A stretch of DNA of 55,482 nt. Source: Catajapyx aquilonaris. Lineage: Eukaryota. Shown here piece by piece: positions 38,434 through 50,331 of this stretch. The stretch spans positions 1 to 55,482 of the forward strand of contig KZ539027.1 of assembly GCA_000934665.2 (NCBI GenBank). Reading direction: 5' to 3'. A model generated the notes under the pieces. It was not told where the DNA came from and ran no database searches. It was given only the letters and a program-made list of their open reading frames with translations. The position numbers and the translations under genes are program-made. Position 1 is the stretch's first letter, and each line of letters starts with the position of its first letter.

Positions 38434-39439
38434 ACAATATGCAACTCAAAACATCATTGACTATTGACATTGTTTCAAAATCCTGGAGGGTACCTAGTGC
38501 CATGTGTGGCTATTTGAAAACCTGGAATCAAATGTGACTTGCAATGCCAGATAATTATAACTCATAAAATGGGGGGAAATTATTAGTTTTATTTCGAAAT
38601 ATATTTCATTAGGAATAACTTGCACCAAAAATTCTGGTGTGATGTGGCAACATCATGTCAGTCCTTAAACAGATCTGTCAATCAAGCCATTGCGTTGATT
38701 TGTTACACCATCTGCCTATAATTGACCATGACGTTCGAACTATTCTTAAGACAAAGCACTGAAATGTTCTGCTTCCTGACACATGAAAACTCAGGCTTCT
38801 ACTTGCCCATTATAATGTGCATCGGGGAACTATGTGTCTCATATTTTCAAAGTCAAATCACCTACTCAGTGGCACTGTCAGATGCAGAAAAATTTGGATA
38901 GCCATGTCACGTTAATTTTATGCATGTAAGTTAACATCAAACTTTCAAGAGGTCCTGAATAACACAATGAAATTTGTAATGAAGGATATTTTAACTTTTT
39001 CAGTCTGGGAAGCCACAGAAGAGGCTTTATTTTCTCCTCCTGGATTAGGCATTTTACTACCCCTGTCTTTCCATCCCTTGCCAACCCCCAACTTCTCGCC
39101 CTCGAGTCATGAGTTCCAGAACCCTTGTTGCCGTGTGGAATATATTTGACCTGCCATTTCCAAGGCTTGCATTTATCAGCTGACTTTGATGAGATTACTC
39201 ACACTGTTTTGTAGCAGCTGGCTAATGGGCACCAAAAATGTGGCGATTTCTTCCTGTAAAAATATTATGCATGGCTGTCTCATTCCCCTTTTCAACTTCT
39301 GCAGTTGTCACTTTTATTAATGTGTTGCAGCAGTATCCTGAAATATGACCCTACTGCAACAAAGTCAAGGCCATTGCTTTGACAAAGTCATCTAAACAAT
39401 CCATTCACCTGTTGTCACAATAAGCATCAACTACTGAGC

Positions 39440-39625
39440 AGGTAATCTCATCTAGGAGTTTGGCTTTCAGGCTGTCATATGAGAGGTCCCAGGTTCGATC
39501 CCTGTGATGATTGTCCTGATGGGGGTTTCCCAAGCTTTACTCAAATAACTTCCAGGGCCATTCTGGGATGGTTTCCTTTCAGAAATGGCCAGAGTTGCTT
39601 CCATTCTTATCCCCTTCCCTAATTA
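39440..39625 (+). mobile_element. Degenerate tRNA-derived SINE
   Basis: B box AGGTTCGATCCC and a body similar to family B (GGCCA...GCTTCC...TATCCC). Confidence 0.55.
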
Positions 39626-40722
39626 CAGTGTTAATTGAACATGGACTGTCTTTATAAGTAAAAGGTCCCTCTGGATGCCAGGACACCTGTTCCTCCATAC
39701 AACAGCAACAGCTGCACTTATCACCATTTCCTTGGCAACCTTGGAGATGCATAATGCATATGATGAAAAATAGTAGAAGTGCGATTATTAGCTGTAAAAT
39801 TTATGTGGGATACTGTATAAAAACGGCGGTGTATTTTAAGTTATGCTTACATTGATTTTAAATATGTAATTTAAAATTTTGCACTTGATACTGATATTTG
39901 TAAAAGGTCAGGGAACCAGTAAATTCAAATTTCGAAATCAGCAATATCTGCATGTTATTCACTTCTGGTTCAGTTTCTCTTGCTATGAAGGGCCTCAAAA
40001 GTTCAGATAAGCACATCCTATGGTCAGGCTGAAGGTCAAGCAGGGAGAAGGTCATAGTACTCATACTAGAGTGGTCCTTTACCAATGGTTTAAGTAGAAA
40101 TCTCCTTAATTCTTCTTTGAGGTTAGCCACATCCCTTCACAAATAAATAATTATTTATCATTTTCACACATGTAGGATTTCCTTATGGCATGAGTCGGAT
40201 GGTTAAAACGTTTTGACAAAAATTGTAGATATAATGGCATAATTTGGCATTGAATTGATGCCTGGTACCAAGAGGGTTAATTATAGTACTTGAGAGAGTG
40301 AATGAGAAAACTTTGTGTATGCATTTGTGTCTGATATAACTGTACTGAACATTTGCAAGCGAACCTTGATTAAAAGTAGTTTTGACGAGCTTTGCAAGCT
40401 TTTTCTCATGTGCCCTGATGTTCTATTTCAATTTTCAATTGTATGCTAGAAAGTTATTCTGTTATGTGTGTACAGGGTGGTGCACTGCATAAGTCCTCAT
40501 GTAAAAAGGGGTAGGGGAAGAAGTTATGAACAGCTCATCCCTGTAATTAGTTTCAAGAGTAAGGGAGATCGGGGTCAGTTGTAACAGGGTATGGTTGTAA
40601 CATCGCCAATAATAAATACGTTTGGAAGGACCTGAAGCTGAAACTCACACAGTACATGTGTCACAATGGCTTCTAGGCCAGGCAAAACTTTGGCTACTCC
40701 TTTTTTGTTTTTTGTTCTTCTA

Positions 40723-41554
40723 CAGGGTGTAAATGAATTAGGGGGACAAACTTGTAGGGGTAATAGAGGGGACCAAGACAAACATATTTGACCTAGGAAC
40801 CCGTGTCCGGAAACGCCATCTAGAGGGGGTTCATAGACAAGGAATGAGTGCGCTCAGACGCGTCAGGCAGGCGGCTTTAGCGAGCAGACCGTTTAGTTGC
40901 TAGGTGGCGTGCGGATTGTACACAACTTCGCAATTTGCCATAACCTGGAAACAACAGAGCCACCTAACAACTAAAGTCAGCATGCTAGGTAGCGCCAAAG
41001 AGTTCTGCTATTATAATTATAATATAATACCTAGAGGAGGTACTCCCTATCCTTCTCCATTAGACAGGCTGAGGCAGCGGCCATCTTGTTGGAGGTAATA
41101 TTGTTGTTCTAACAGTTGTCTAGCAACTGGGACAACAACCAATAATGACAACTGGGCGACAATTAGTTCAATAATGTCAGGGGTCTGCCATCTTGTTGGA
41201 GTAAATATTGTTGCCTGCATTGTTGCCTGCCTCACATTTCAGCCCGAGTGCCTCCTCTAGGTATATATATAAAATATAGCAGAACTCTTTGGGTAGCGCA
41301 CAGATAATAAACAACAACTCTGTTGTTGCCAAGTTATGGCGAATTGCGAAGTTGTGTACAATCCGCGCGCCACCTAGCAACTTAACGGTCCGCTCGCTAA
41401 CGCCTCCCACCTGACTCGTCTGAGCGCACCCATTCCTTGTCTATGAACCCCCTCTAGATGGCGTTTCGGGACACGAGTTCCTAGGTCAAATATGTTTGCC
41501 TTGGTCCCCTCTATTACCCCTACAAGTTTGTACCCGGAATTCATTTACACCCTG
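40723..41554. mobile_element. Large palindromic Tc1/mariner-type MITE
   Basis: TA|CAGGGTGTAAATGAAT ... ATTCATTTACACCCTG|TA, with arms over 300 bp. It appears nested in a larger element carrying GGGTCAGTTGTAACA repeats (about 40560-42305). Confidence 0.9.
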
Positions 41555-42601
41555 TATATGCAAAAAACAAAAATCCTGGTGTGTTTCCAACTTATTTGAG
41601 TGGCAGTAATTAAGTGATTATTGGAAGATTTACTGAATTGCCCTTGGTATCATGAGAAAGGTTATTTTAGTGGGGTCACACTGACGGTATGGTTGACCAA
41701 ATCATGTGCACAGTTAAAAAGTAGTAAGCATATCTACAAGGCAACACATAATGGGGACGGTTGTAACAGCTTCCCTGGGGTCAGTTGTAACATGGTAAAA
41801 TCGTGAGAGAAAGGTCAAGTCTGTGTATAGATGTTACAACTACATATTTCACAGGATAGTGAGAGTAAAAATAGATATTATTTTGTGCAATAAAGCCTCA
41901 ACCAGTATATCGAAAATTTATATGAATAAAAAATCCATTTTCTTGTTATACTTATCTGCTGAATAAATCCCAGTGTATCAAGAGATAAAGAGTCATCTAG
42001 GTGGACCAAACAGGCTCTAAGACAATTGTCGAGAAGATGAGTGGATGTAAACTGTTCTTCCATATTACATTTACCATTTAAGACAGAGTGTTACAACCGC
42101 CCCTATGATGGGATCAGTTGTAACATTCTGCCTTGCCTAGAAAAAATATTTATAAATCCATCAATTTTTCATCTTAAGATTTTATCATGTTAATTTCAGA
42201 AAGAGGAATGTTGCCTTATTTCCACCATGGCATAAAACTTTGCCTAAATGCATATATGTAACTGAATTTAAAAATTCAGACTAAAAAGTGTTACAATTTC
42301 CCTTACTAATTGGCAGCAAGAAATGGCACATTCATTTATTGGGATTGTTGTTTCTCTTGAGAGTAGTTGCTGGAATTAACCACATAAATAATTTTTAAAC
42401 ACTGTAACATTGCATTGTAACTGCATTTTGGTGCAAGACCGTTGATTTCTGTATGTATCCAGCTGAAACTAAAATTTTAACCAAGATGACAATAGGACCA
42501 AGGGTGTCAGCAATGGCACACTCTAGTGCAGCTATGTGTATTATAAGAACTCTCCATGTGTCAATGGGAAATATATGCCAAAACTAATATCAGTTACTGT
42601 A

Positions 42602-43269
42602 CAGGTTGAGGATCCTTTATTAGAAATTCCAAGAACCAAATATAATGGAAAATTCCACGTGAGTGTAACATTGACTAGCATAATCTCTATCTGTACATAT
42701 ACAAAATTATTTAAAATTTCGGGGGAGGTGTGGTGGCCGTGATGGTAACGTCACGGCTTGCTGAGTGAAAGGCCCCAGGTTCGATCCCCGCCTGGGGAAC
42801 TTTCCTTTCACCTGCGTCAGGAGGGTCTCTGGCCTGCACCAAGGAGGTGTCTGGCAACCTAACCTCCTGGGGGACAGCACATGACCCCTTTACCGACATT
42901 GCGCTTGCACCTATGTTCCCTCCCCAAAAAATCCCTATCCCTACCCTACAGCCTTGTCTCCTTGCACCGGTGTATGAAGTTAAGGAGTGAAAATGGTGGT
43001 ATCCCACCCCCCTAAAAAGGCTAAGCCTTAGCACGGGGTAACGTAAGAAAAAAATATATATTTAAAATTTCTATGAAACTACCTCCAGGGTTATGTATAA
43101 CCTCCATTAAGAAATGTTTGTGGATATCGTGTTGAGGCATTTATCCCATACCAAAGCCGTCCCATTTTATATATGCAAATACTGTATGCAAAGATTCCAA
43201 AATATGAAAAAATATGACATCCAAAACCCTTCTGGTCCGAAGCATTTTGGATACAGGATTCTCAACCTG
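42602..43269. mobile_element. Tigger/pogo-like MITE hosting SINE A
   Basis: TA|CAGGTTGAGGATCCT ... AGGATTCTCAACCTG. Confidence 0.65.
42721..43058 (+). mobile_element. tRNA-derived SINE, family A
   Basis: Closely similar to 958-1316, TSD TATTTAAAATTTC (42708-42720 / 43059-43071). Confidence 0.9.
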
Positions 43270-43488
43270 CGTAAAAGGTTTTACAGAAGATCTGCACTAT
43301 CAAGAAGGTTTTTGCATCTTCATGTTGTATGAAATATGAGGTATAGCATTGCAGACAGCTAATGTTACATAATTATGTAGAACTGCCAAAGTATTATTGC
43401 GCAATTAATTTCACATGGAGTTTGAAGAAAAGTCTGGTTATAATTTTGTGGCACGTCCCTACCCCCCCCCCCCCCCCACACACACACA

Positions 43489-43790
43489 GTCTTGTAAGAC
43501 ATTAGCTATGGGGACATTGATAACACAACTTTTGAAACCTAGTTTATCCTAACAAAAACTAACCTACCTTATCCTACTTAACCTAACCTACCCTAGTAAC
43601 CCTACCCTACCTAGGCTGAGAAAAATGGAATTTTGGAAAACCCAATTGTTGGGACATGTCTCCACTGAAGTAGTACCACATCAGGCATTTTAGCTGTGGG
43701 GACCAAATATGTCCCCACAATTTGGAAAATGTCCCCACAGTTACAGTTAAAACACCCACTTCCGTCCCCAGAGCTAATGTCATACGGTCA
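43489..43790. mobile_element. Non-autonomous element with (CTAAC)n-like tract and GGGGACA/TGTCCCC repeats
   Basis: GACATTAGCT.TGGGGAC ... GTCCCCAGAGCTAATGTC inverted ends. Related copy at 47995-48316. Class uncertain (Helitron/Helentron-like or MITE). Confidence 0.6.
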
Positions 43791-43900
43791 CGAAATCTAT
43801 CTATGGCACACCCAGACATGTGTGGACTGTTGTAGAATCTTGAATGAACCGTCTTGATCAGTGGCATTTAATTAGACGCAAGAATAATTTTTTTAAATGC

Positions 43901-43906
43901 TTTATT
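43901..43906 (-). terminator. Polyadenylation signal AATAAA downstream of tectonic
   Basis: TTTATT on the + strand, 60 nt past the tectonic stop. Confidence 0.65.
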
Positions 43907-43965
43907 ATGACAAAACAGTATAAATAACAAATTGATTGACTCTTACATTACTAACATTGCAAGAA

Positions 43966-45840
43966 TTAATAAACTTGGTGAGATAAAACGCATCCCCAAA
44001 ACAATCCAGGTATTACCAGCATGAAGGTGAAGAGACACCAGCAAGACATTGAATCATCCTTAGTGCACATAAATGGGTAATAAAAGTCATGTGGTAACCT
44101 GAAGTCCACTCTCGGTGGATATCCAAATATCTGTTCCACTTCTCCTGTCAGGTCTACAAAGCTGACCTGAGTTTCTAGGTGCAATGGTGGGCAACCTGTT
44201 TGACCACATTTTATATCCTTCCTTGTGCCGAGCTTGTACCTGACCCCTATCACTTTGGCTTGGGGGTCGTCCACGTCACCCACATTTGCGTAGATGATAG
44301 TTATATCTAGGAAGTATGGTATGGATGTGCTACTTGCAGTAGGGCATACCACCTTAACCCAATCATCACCTTCCAGGGCATCAAAATTACCAAAAGCGGC
44401 TGCATACATTTGGTTGTTTCTATTGCAATTATCCACCAAGTCACCTAGTAGCAACTCAGTTGCACTTTGATGCAAGTCAGGGAAGTTGTTGGAATGGTTT
44501 ATGAGACATGAAATTTGTGTATCAACACCAAACTCAACTGCTGATCTATGTGAATTGCAGTCTTTTGTGAGTGTGGTCACAACTGTTGTGTCAGTAGAGC
44601 TGTCAGATGAATTCGTCATTTTCAGCATGATAGGGGAACCATGTTGATACCCAGGGTTGCCACTACGATGCCATATGGTAATGTTTGATGAGTTATTATT
44701 GTCATTGTGCCAGTGGAATGTGATGCTGAATTCCTGCTCAAGAGTGGGTTCAGTAGTGTTTTGCAATGTAAAGTATGCATCTATGGAATCGATACCAGCT
44801 GTATTGTTTTGGTGTACAAAAAACGACACTGACTTGACTGCATTGTGACACTTCCCACTCTCTGATTCATATGGTGTTGGCAAATCATTATTGCACTCTG
44901 GGACATCGCAGTAGGCATGGTAACACCAGCATACAGACATATTCACCGAGTCATATTCAGTTGGTGATTTCAATATAGCCACATTGTACGTTGACGCTGC
45001 AAGCGCTCCCATCTTGTTGCATTCTACTTTTTGTGTACATGTTTGTGTTACATCTCGCATATACCGAACAGGCCAGGCCACGTTGCACTGGTCACCCAAC
45101 ATGGCTGCTGGTAGACTCCATTCTGGCCCTATTGTATTGTCAAAAAGCAGGATGGGCTTTCCAGAAGTATATGATGTCATGTGGCCACCTGTGACACGCT
45201 TGGGGGAGTGCCACCGGTATTGCTTTTGCCTTGTTACTTTCCGGAACTCACTCAAAGTTTCAATTTTACTGTGTTCTGGCAGTTTGCTTTCTTGTACTAG
45301 ATTGTCTCGGTATATGCAAAACATACCTGGAACTTTACGGCTGACATAGTACTCCGTATTGTTCCATAGCACTAAGTCACTCTTGAAACAATATCGTGGA
45401 TCTATCAGTGGTGGCTCATGATCAACACACCTTGAAAATGCTTGCCGGTCCCATGTAGTACAATTAGGATCACAACAGCAGTCAATGTCACATGTTTCAA
45501 CTGTGAGGTCACACTGGCATGCATCGGCTTGTCGATATGCGAAAGGTCTTACATAGCTCTCTGGGGGCTTTGTGACATTACATAATGTTCCATTTTCACA
45601 CAATGTTGAATTGTCACATAATGTTCCATTTTCACACAATGTTGAATTGTCACAAGATGTTTCATTGTAACACAATGTTGCATTGTCAAGCTGCATTGTA
45701 ACATTATCATGCAGAAATGTCACATTGTCATACAGAAATGTCACATTGTCATACCATAATGTCCCATTATCAGGTGAGACTGTTGTAAAATTTCTGCTGA
45801 CTACTCCAATTGCAAAAAGAAAAAAAATACTGTAGTACAT
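43966..45840 (-). CDS. tctn: Tectonic family ciliary transition-zone protein, 624 aa, single exon
   Basis: Signal peptide MYYSIFFLFAIGVVS, tectonic hallmarks CQCDLTVETCDIDCCCDPNC, SGNPGY..G.P and LPHDFYYPF, and a hydrophobic C-terminus. The first ATG is at 45840 (the ORF track starts at a TTG). Confidence 0.93.
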   Translation of the reverse strand: MYYSIFFLFAIGVVSRNFTTVSPDNGTLWYDNVTFLYDNVTFLHDNVTMQLDNATLCYNETSCDNSTLCENGTLCDNSTLCENGTLCNVTKPPESYVRPFAYRQADACQCDLTVETCDIDCCCDPNCTTWDRQAFSRCVDHEPPLIDPRYCFKSDLVLWNNTEYYVSRKVPGMFCIYRDNLVQESKLPEHSKIETLSEFRKVTRQKQYRWHSPKRVTGGHMTSYTSGKPILLFDNTIGPEWSLPAAMLGDQCNVAWPVRYMRDVTQTCTQKVECNKMGALAASTYNVAILKSPTEYDSVNMSVCWCYHAYCDVPECNNDLPTPYESESGKCHNAVKSVSFFVHQNNTAGIDSIDAYFTLQNTTEPTLEQEFSITFHWHNDNNNSSNITIWHRSGNPGYQHGSPIMLKMTNSSDSSTDTTVVTTLTKDCNSHRSAVEFGVDTQISCLINHSNNFPDLHQSATELLLGDLVDNCNRNNQMYAAAFGNFDALEGDDWVKVVCPTASSTSIPYFLDITIIYANVGDVDDPQAKVIGVRYKLGTRKDIKCGQTGCPPLHLETQVSFVDLTGEVEQIFGYPPRVDFRLPHDFYYPFMCTKDDSMSCWCLFTFMLVIPGLFWGCVLSHQVY

Positions 45841-45841
45841 G

Positions 45842-48800
45842 TTAGTACTCGACTCCAAAGTCTCTGAAGTTTTTGAACACGATGGTCAACTCGAGATGCA
45901 CTGTTCCCATGGACTGTGTTTGTAGCCGGTACCGGTCTACTCCAGTGTAGACCAACTCGGGGGATTTCAGTTCAGGTCCTCCTCCAAGAAAGAACTGTAT
46001 GATCCTGTCCTGGGTTGAGCTGATTGGTCGCCAGGTCTGCACCTCAATTTGATGGAGTCCAGGTGTGCATGGGATGTAGCAACAACCGTATGCGTAGATC
46101 TCACTGCGGCCAAATACGTCTAGATGGTACACTTCCACATGTATCTTCGGCCAACCTATGAGCAAAATCCAGTTTTTAAAATCATTATGTAACATTGTAG
46201 AAAGAAGACAATCTTCCTATTATTAATTATTTTCCTAGTTGGAGAGTAGAATTCGTAGGAATTACAATAAAGGGAACAATAATGGTTGAGTAACTTTATG
46301 AAGTTTAGGGCGACACGGTGGCAGAGTGGTTAGCGCCGGAGCCTTCCACCTCTAAGGTCCCGAGTTTGATCCCCGGATCGGACAGAGGATACTTATGTGG
46401 ATAGAGTTTCGATGGGTTCTCTCCGTGTTCGCGTAGGTTTTCTCGGGGTTCTCCCGTTTCCTCCCACTATCAAAATCGATCACAGCAAAGGCAATGATTA
46501 AAGACGGTAAATTAAAAAGATGATCCCCTAAAAAGCCCAAGGAGGCTTATCACGGGGTATCCATTATAAACTTTATGAAGTTTATCATGGCAGATTTATA
46601 TACTGTATGTCCTTGATTAATTATACTATTTGTTTGCTGATCTCTCTCATTGAGATTTCCCCCTTGATTTGTTCTTGCCAATTGATGTCGCTGATGTACC
46701 CAAATGTGTATATGAAATAATAATTATGTATCATTCATGTCAACCCAAACAAAAGTGGTCCGTAGGCCCCTCAAAAGGGGTATGTGAAAATATTTCAGGT
46801 GTGTACAGGGTGTCCCAACTGAAATGGACATAGAGGTTAGCGATTTCTTACACTAATCTGCCTCCTGATCAGTTACTTTAGTAGTTATCAAAAATATGAA
46901 CTGATAACATTAGCTTGAATGGGTGCATTCATTCAAAGTATCAGTTGCAATTTACATTCTTCAGACATTGTGACTGTCACTTTTTAACCCACTGCAGATG
47001 CACTTGATGTCAATAGTTGGGCTCATTAGCACTTCCAACATTGTGTTACTCGAGAGGGGCTTGACCAGAATATTTGGGCAAAGGATGCACATGCTGACTA
47101 ATCAAACTGTATGTGTCTAAAGGCTGATTACCAAACACCTCTGCACATGCTAAAGTCCGCTATGCTCAGCAATCAAGATGTATAAATGATGGAAAGAGTA
47201 ACCCTTCCGGGCGTGCAGGAGGAGGCAAGGGGAGTGGTGGCTGGGGGTAGCTTGGCTATGTCGCAAAGGGAAGGATGCAAAGATTGATTTTTTGGATTTT
47301 CGAAGGGGTATGCTGTACCAACCTAACCAAACCAAGCCTAACCTTCCTTCCTTGCGGATACAGACCTATCTTTGCGACACAGCCCACTGCCCCCACCGAC
47401 TACTACCCTCCCGCCTCCCTCACGCCCGTAAGAGCAAGTATATCCTAAATGATAAGCCGGACTTAGCACAGGTATCTCATTTTCAATTATTGTAATATAT
47501 TATCACCATTATGTAAATATCCTTAAATACAATTGAAACCATACCCTGCTGTCTCTTTATCTCACTGGAACATGTTTTCACTGTTGCCAATTATTATCCA
47601 TTGGCTGTGCCATAGATGTTACCTGATGTTACCCAAGACCTGTGCATACTGAGGTTCTTTTACCATATGTTCCAGGGCCTGAGATCAAGACACCATTTCA
47701 ATCGTATTTAATGATATTTACAAAATGGTGATAATTACAATAATCGAAAACATAATCACCTGATATCTGAAGAGGCGCTGTATTGTTGGCTAGAGATGAA
47801 CCTGGATGCGAAGAGATACCTGTCCTAAGTCTGACTCATCTTTTATACATCTTTATTGCTGAGGATAGCGGACTTTAGCATGGACAGAGGTGTTTGTTAA
47901 CCAGCCATTAGACATGTACTGGTACGCTGGTACTATGGGGCTCAAATCTTGAAGGAACCCTTATTCACAGACACACACACACACACCCACTCTTGTCTTG
48001 ACTAAGGCGTGGGGACGGACATTGATCACTTTTCACTGCGAGTGTAAACTGATCTAACCTAACCTAACCTAACCTAACCTACCCTACCTAACCTACCCTA
48101 CCCTAAGTAACCTAGGCTGAGAAAAATGGACTTTTGTGAAACCCTACAAATGAAAATAGTGGGGACATGTCCCCACTAATTTACACATGTCCCCACTGTA
48201 ATGGTACACTTCGCGTGTGTGAGACTGTGGGGACCGACAAATGTCCCCACAATTGGAACTGGTCCCCACAGCTACAGTAAAACCACAGACTTCCGTCCCC
48301 AGACCTTAGTCAAGACCTGATCACCTGCTCAACGTGGGGCCTGTGAGAAGGGTTGCTTCAAGTTCAAGACCAGGATAAAGTGGCCAAAACAATTTGAGCC
48401 CCATAGTACACTTTGATTTGTCAGGGTGTGCATCCTTTGCGCAAATATTCTGGTCAAGTCCCCCTCGAGTAGCAATGGTTTGAAAAGGATGCACTCTGGA
48501 CCTGCTAATATTTTATAACTTCAAACATAGCTATTTTAAAGTCACTGATTATAAGTAATCAGCTTAGTGTGAAAAAACACAAACCAATAAGTTATGTACA
48601 ATTCATTTGGAACCCACTAATAATGGTTGACAAGTTATTGGCATTAGTCTGATATAATTATTACAGTATCAGCATGGGCTGATTACCTGAGGTCAATTAT
48701 GCTGAGGCCAGAACATATGGAAAAGTGTGCTTGTAGTAATATGGTAATATGCACTTATACAGGATGGCCATAAAATCTGGAACCAAAGGCAGTATTTTTT

Positions 48801-50320
48801 TCAAGTTACAGGTAAGCTATGGCAATGACAAAGACGACTGGGTTGTGTTAATCCTTCTTTGTGGACAAGAGGTATGGACGCAAAGAGAGATGGTGTCCAA
48901 GTTCAATAGGAGGCATCTGGAGAGGTCAATAAGTCATAGGGCAGTTGGAAAATTACTAATTGGCTTATTGACCTCTCTGGATGGATCCCATTGAGCTTGG
49001 TCGCCACTTCCCTTTGCATCCATTCCTCTCATCCACAAAGAAAATTAACACCACCCGGTTGTCTTTCATCACTACCATAGCTCACCTGTAATCAGCAAAC
49101 AATACTGCCATTGGTTCCAAACTTTATGGCCACCATTTGGAATTGGAAAAATTATGTGACAGATTATTATTGTTGCACAGGATTATAGCAAAGTTTGCAG
49201 AGAGAAGAATGGTTCCATGGCAGGAAAAAAAGTCAAGACCCCTGGCTTAAAGCTAATCAAACCATGCAGTTTTAATTTAAACTGTGCTCTCATGAGATGT
49301 ACCAGTGACCCAGGCTGTGACAGTGTCATAGGTTCTCTCCACAAAAAGGGCATGATACAGTTTACTCTCTGAATAATGGAAATTTTCTCAGTTATGATAT
49401 TTTGGAGATTAAATAACATCTACTCATAGAGTGATTCCCTATAACCCAGGAACTCACTCTTTAATGTTATTGTAATGTTTATGAAACACTGCATCATTAC
49501 TAAATGAATGCCCCTTGTACAGGATGGCCCTAAATGCCTAAAGTCTGGACACAGGCATATGTAATTTTGTATTGTATTGCTGGTTGACAACTGGCAACCA
49601 ACAATACAATATGTGCCCAGACTTTAAGGCCACCCTGTGTAGTGACTGTAAATGGGAATGTGAGGAACAGTGGTAGGTAGACTTATGTTGTAACTATACA
49701 CACCTTTGATACCTTTGGTTCCATAATGTATGTCAATAGGGTGGCTCCAGCAGGAAAAGTTGTCATGAACGGGGCAGTCTGCTTGTGTTTGTCCTTCAAC
49801 CTCACCTTCCAAAACCAACCATGCGTCTCCTAATAAAATATTTTTTTTGTATAAGTTTAACAAGTATCAGGAGCACAAGTACAGTTTTAAAAAATTACAT
49901 GCATGATACCTGCTGTAATAACAGAGCGAGAGTGATTCAGGCCGGGTTGCACCGACTCCCGGAAAATCTATCCGTTCGAAAAAGAGCCAGGATAGTTTAT
50001 TATTGATTGTTGACAGAATTGTTGACAACAATCAATACCAAACTATCCTGGCTCTTTTTCGGACGGATAAATTTTCCGGGAGCCGGTGCAACCCGGCCTC
50101 AGTCATGGATACAAAACTAATGCATATCCCTGCCATCTTGTTCCCATATTATGTCAAATGAAATCAATGTTGGTGCATGACAGTAACGGGTTATTTGTTT
50201 ACTGCATTAAAAGTGCCAAGTTTGGGTCATACCTGCGCCACAGTAAAACTTGCAGAAGATGTTTCGACCTGGAAAGGACTTGCCTCCGACTATCTCTCCG
50301 ATTACGTGAACTTCAGCCAT
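45842..50320 (-). CDS. B9D2: B9 domain-containing protein 2, 175 aa; exons 50320-50233, 49829-49704, 46155-45842
   Basis: MAEVHVIGEIVGGKSFPGRNIFCKFYCGA|GDAWLVLEGEVEGQTQ...WSHPIDIHYGTKGIK|GWPKIHVEVYHLDVFGR...FRDFGVEY*. Exons of 88+126+314 nt with phase-1 GT-AG introns. Confidence 0.95.
46308..46568 (+). mobile_element. tRNA-derived SINE, family D (B9D2 intron 2, antisense)
   Basis: GGTGGCAGAGTGGTTAGC A box, GAGTTTGATCCC B box, TSD AACTTTATGAAGTTTA (46292-46307 / 46569-46584). Confidence 0.88.
47050..48470. mobile_element. Nested inverted-repeat TE cluster in B9D2 intron 2
   Basis: Outer arms 47050-47170 vs 47858-47915 plus 48408-48470. Inner TACTATGGGGCTCAAAT...ATTTGAGCCCCATAGTA element (47932-48409), which itself contains the CTAAC-repeat element (47995-48316). 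Confidence 0.7.
48760..49136. mobile_element. Palindromic Tc1-like derivative
   Basis: GGCCATAAAATCTGGAACCAAAGGCAGTATT ... AATACTGCCATTGGTTCCAAACTTTATGGCC. The left arm has an HTH-like remnant (QREMVSKFNRRH...ISHRAVGKL). Confidence 0.7.
49940..50098. mobile_element. Harbinger-like palindromic MITE in B9D2 intron 1
   Basis: GGCCGGGTTGCACCG ... CGGTGCAACCCGGCC with 3-bp TSD TCA. Confidence 0.85.
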
Positions 50321-50331
50321 TAGTTCTTGAC

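Noticed and set aside
36713..40135. Protein-like minus-strand stretches (e.g. DVANLKEELRRFLLKPL...)
   Set aside because: Interrupted by stops and SINEs; no consistent gene model or homology identifiable by eye.
45841..45858. ORF-track start of tectonic at 45858 (MESSTN...), implying overlap with B9D2
   Set aside because: That codon is TTG. The first ATG (45840) directly precedes the signal peptide, so the ORFs abut rather than overlap.
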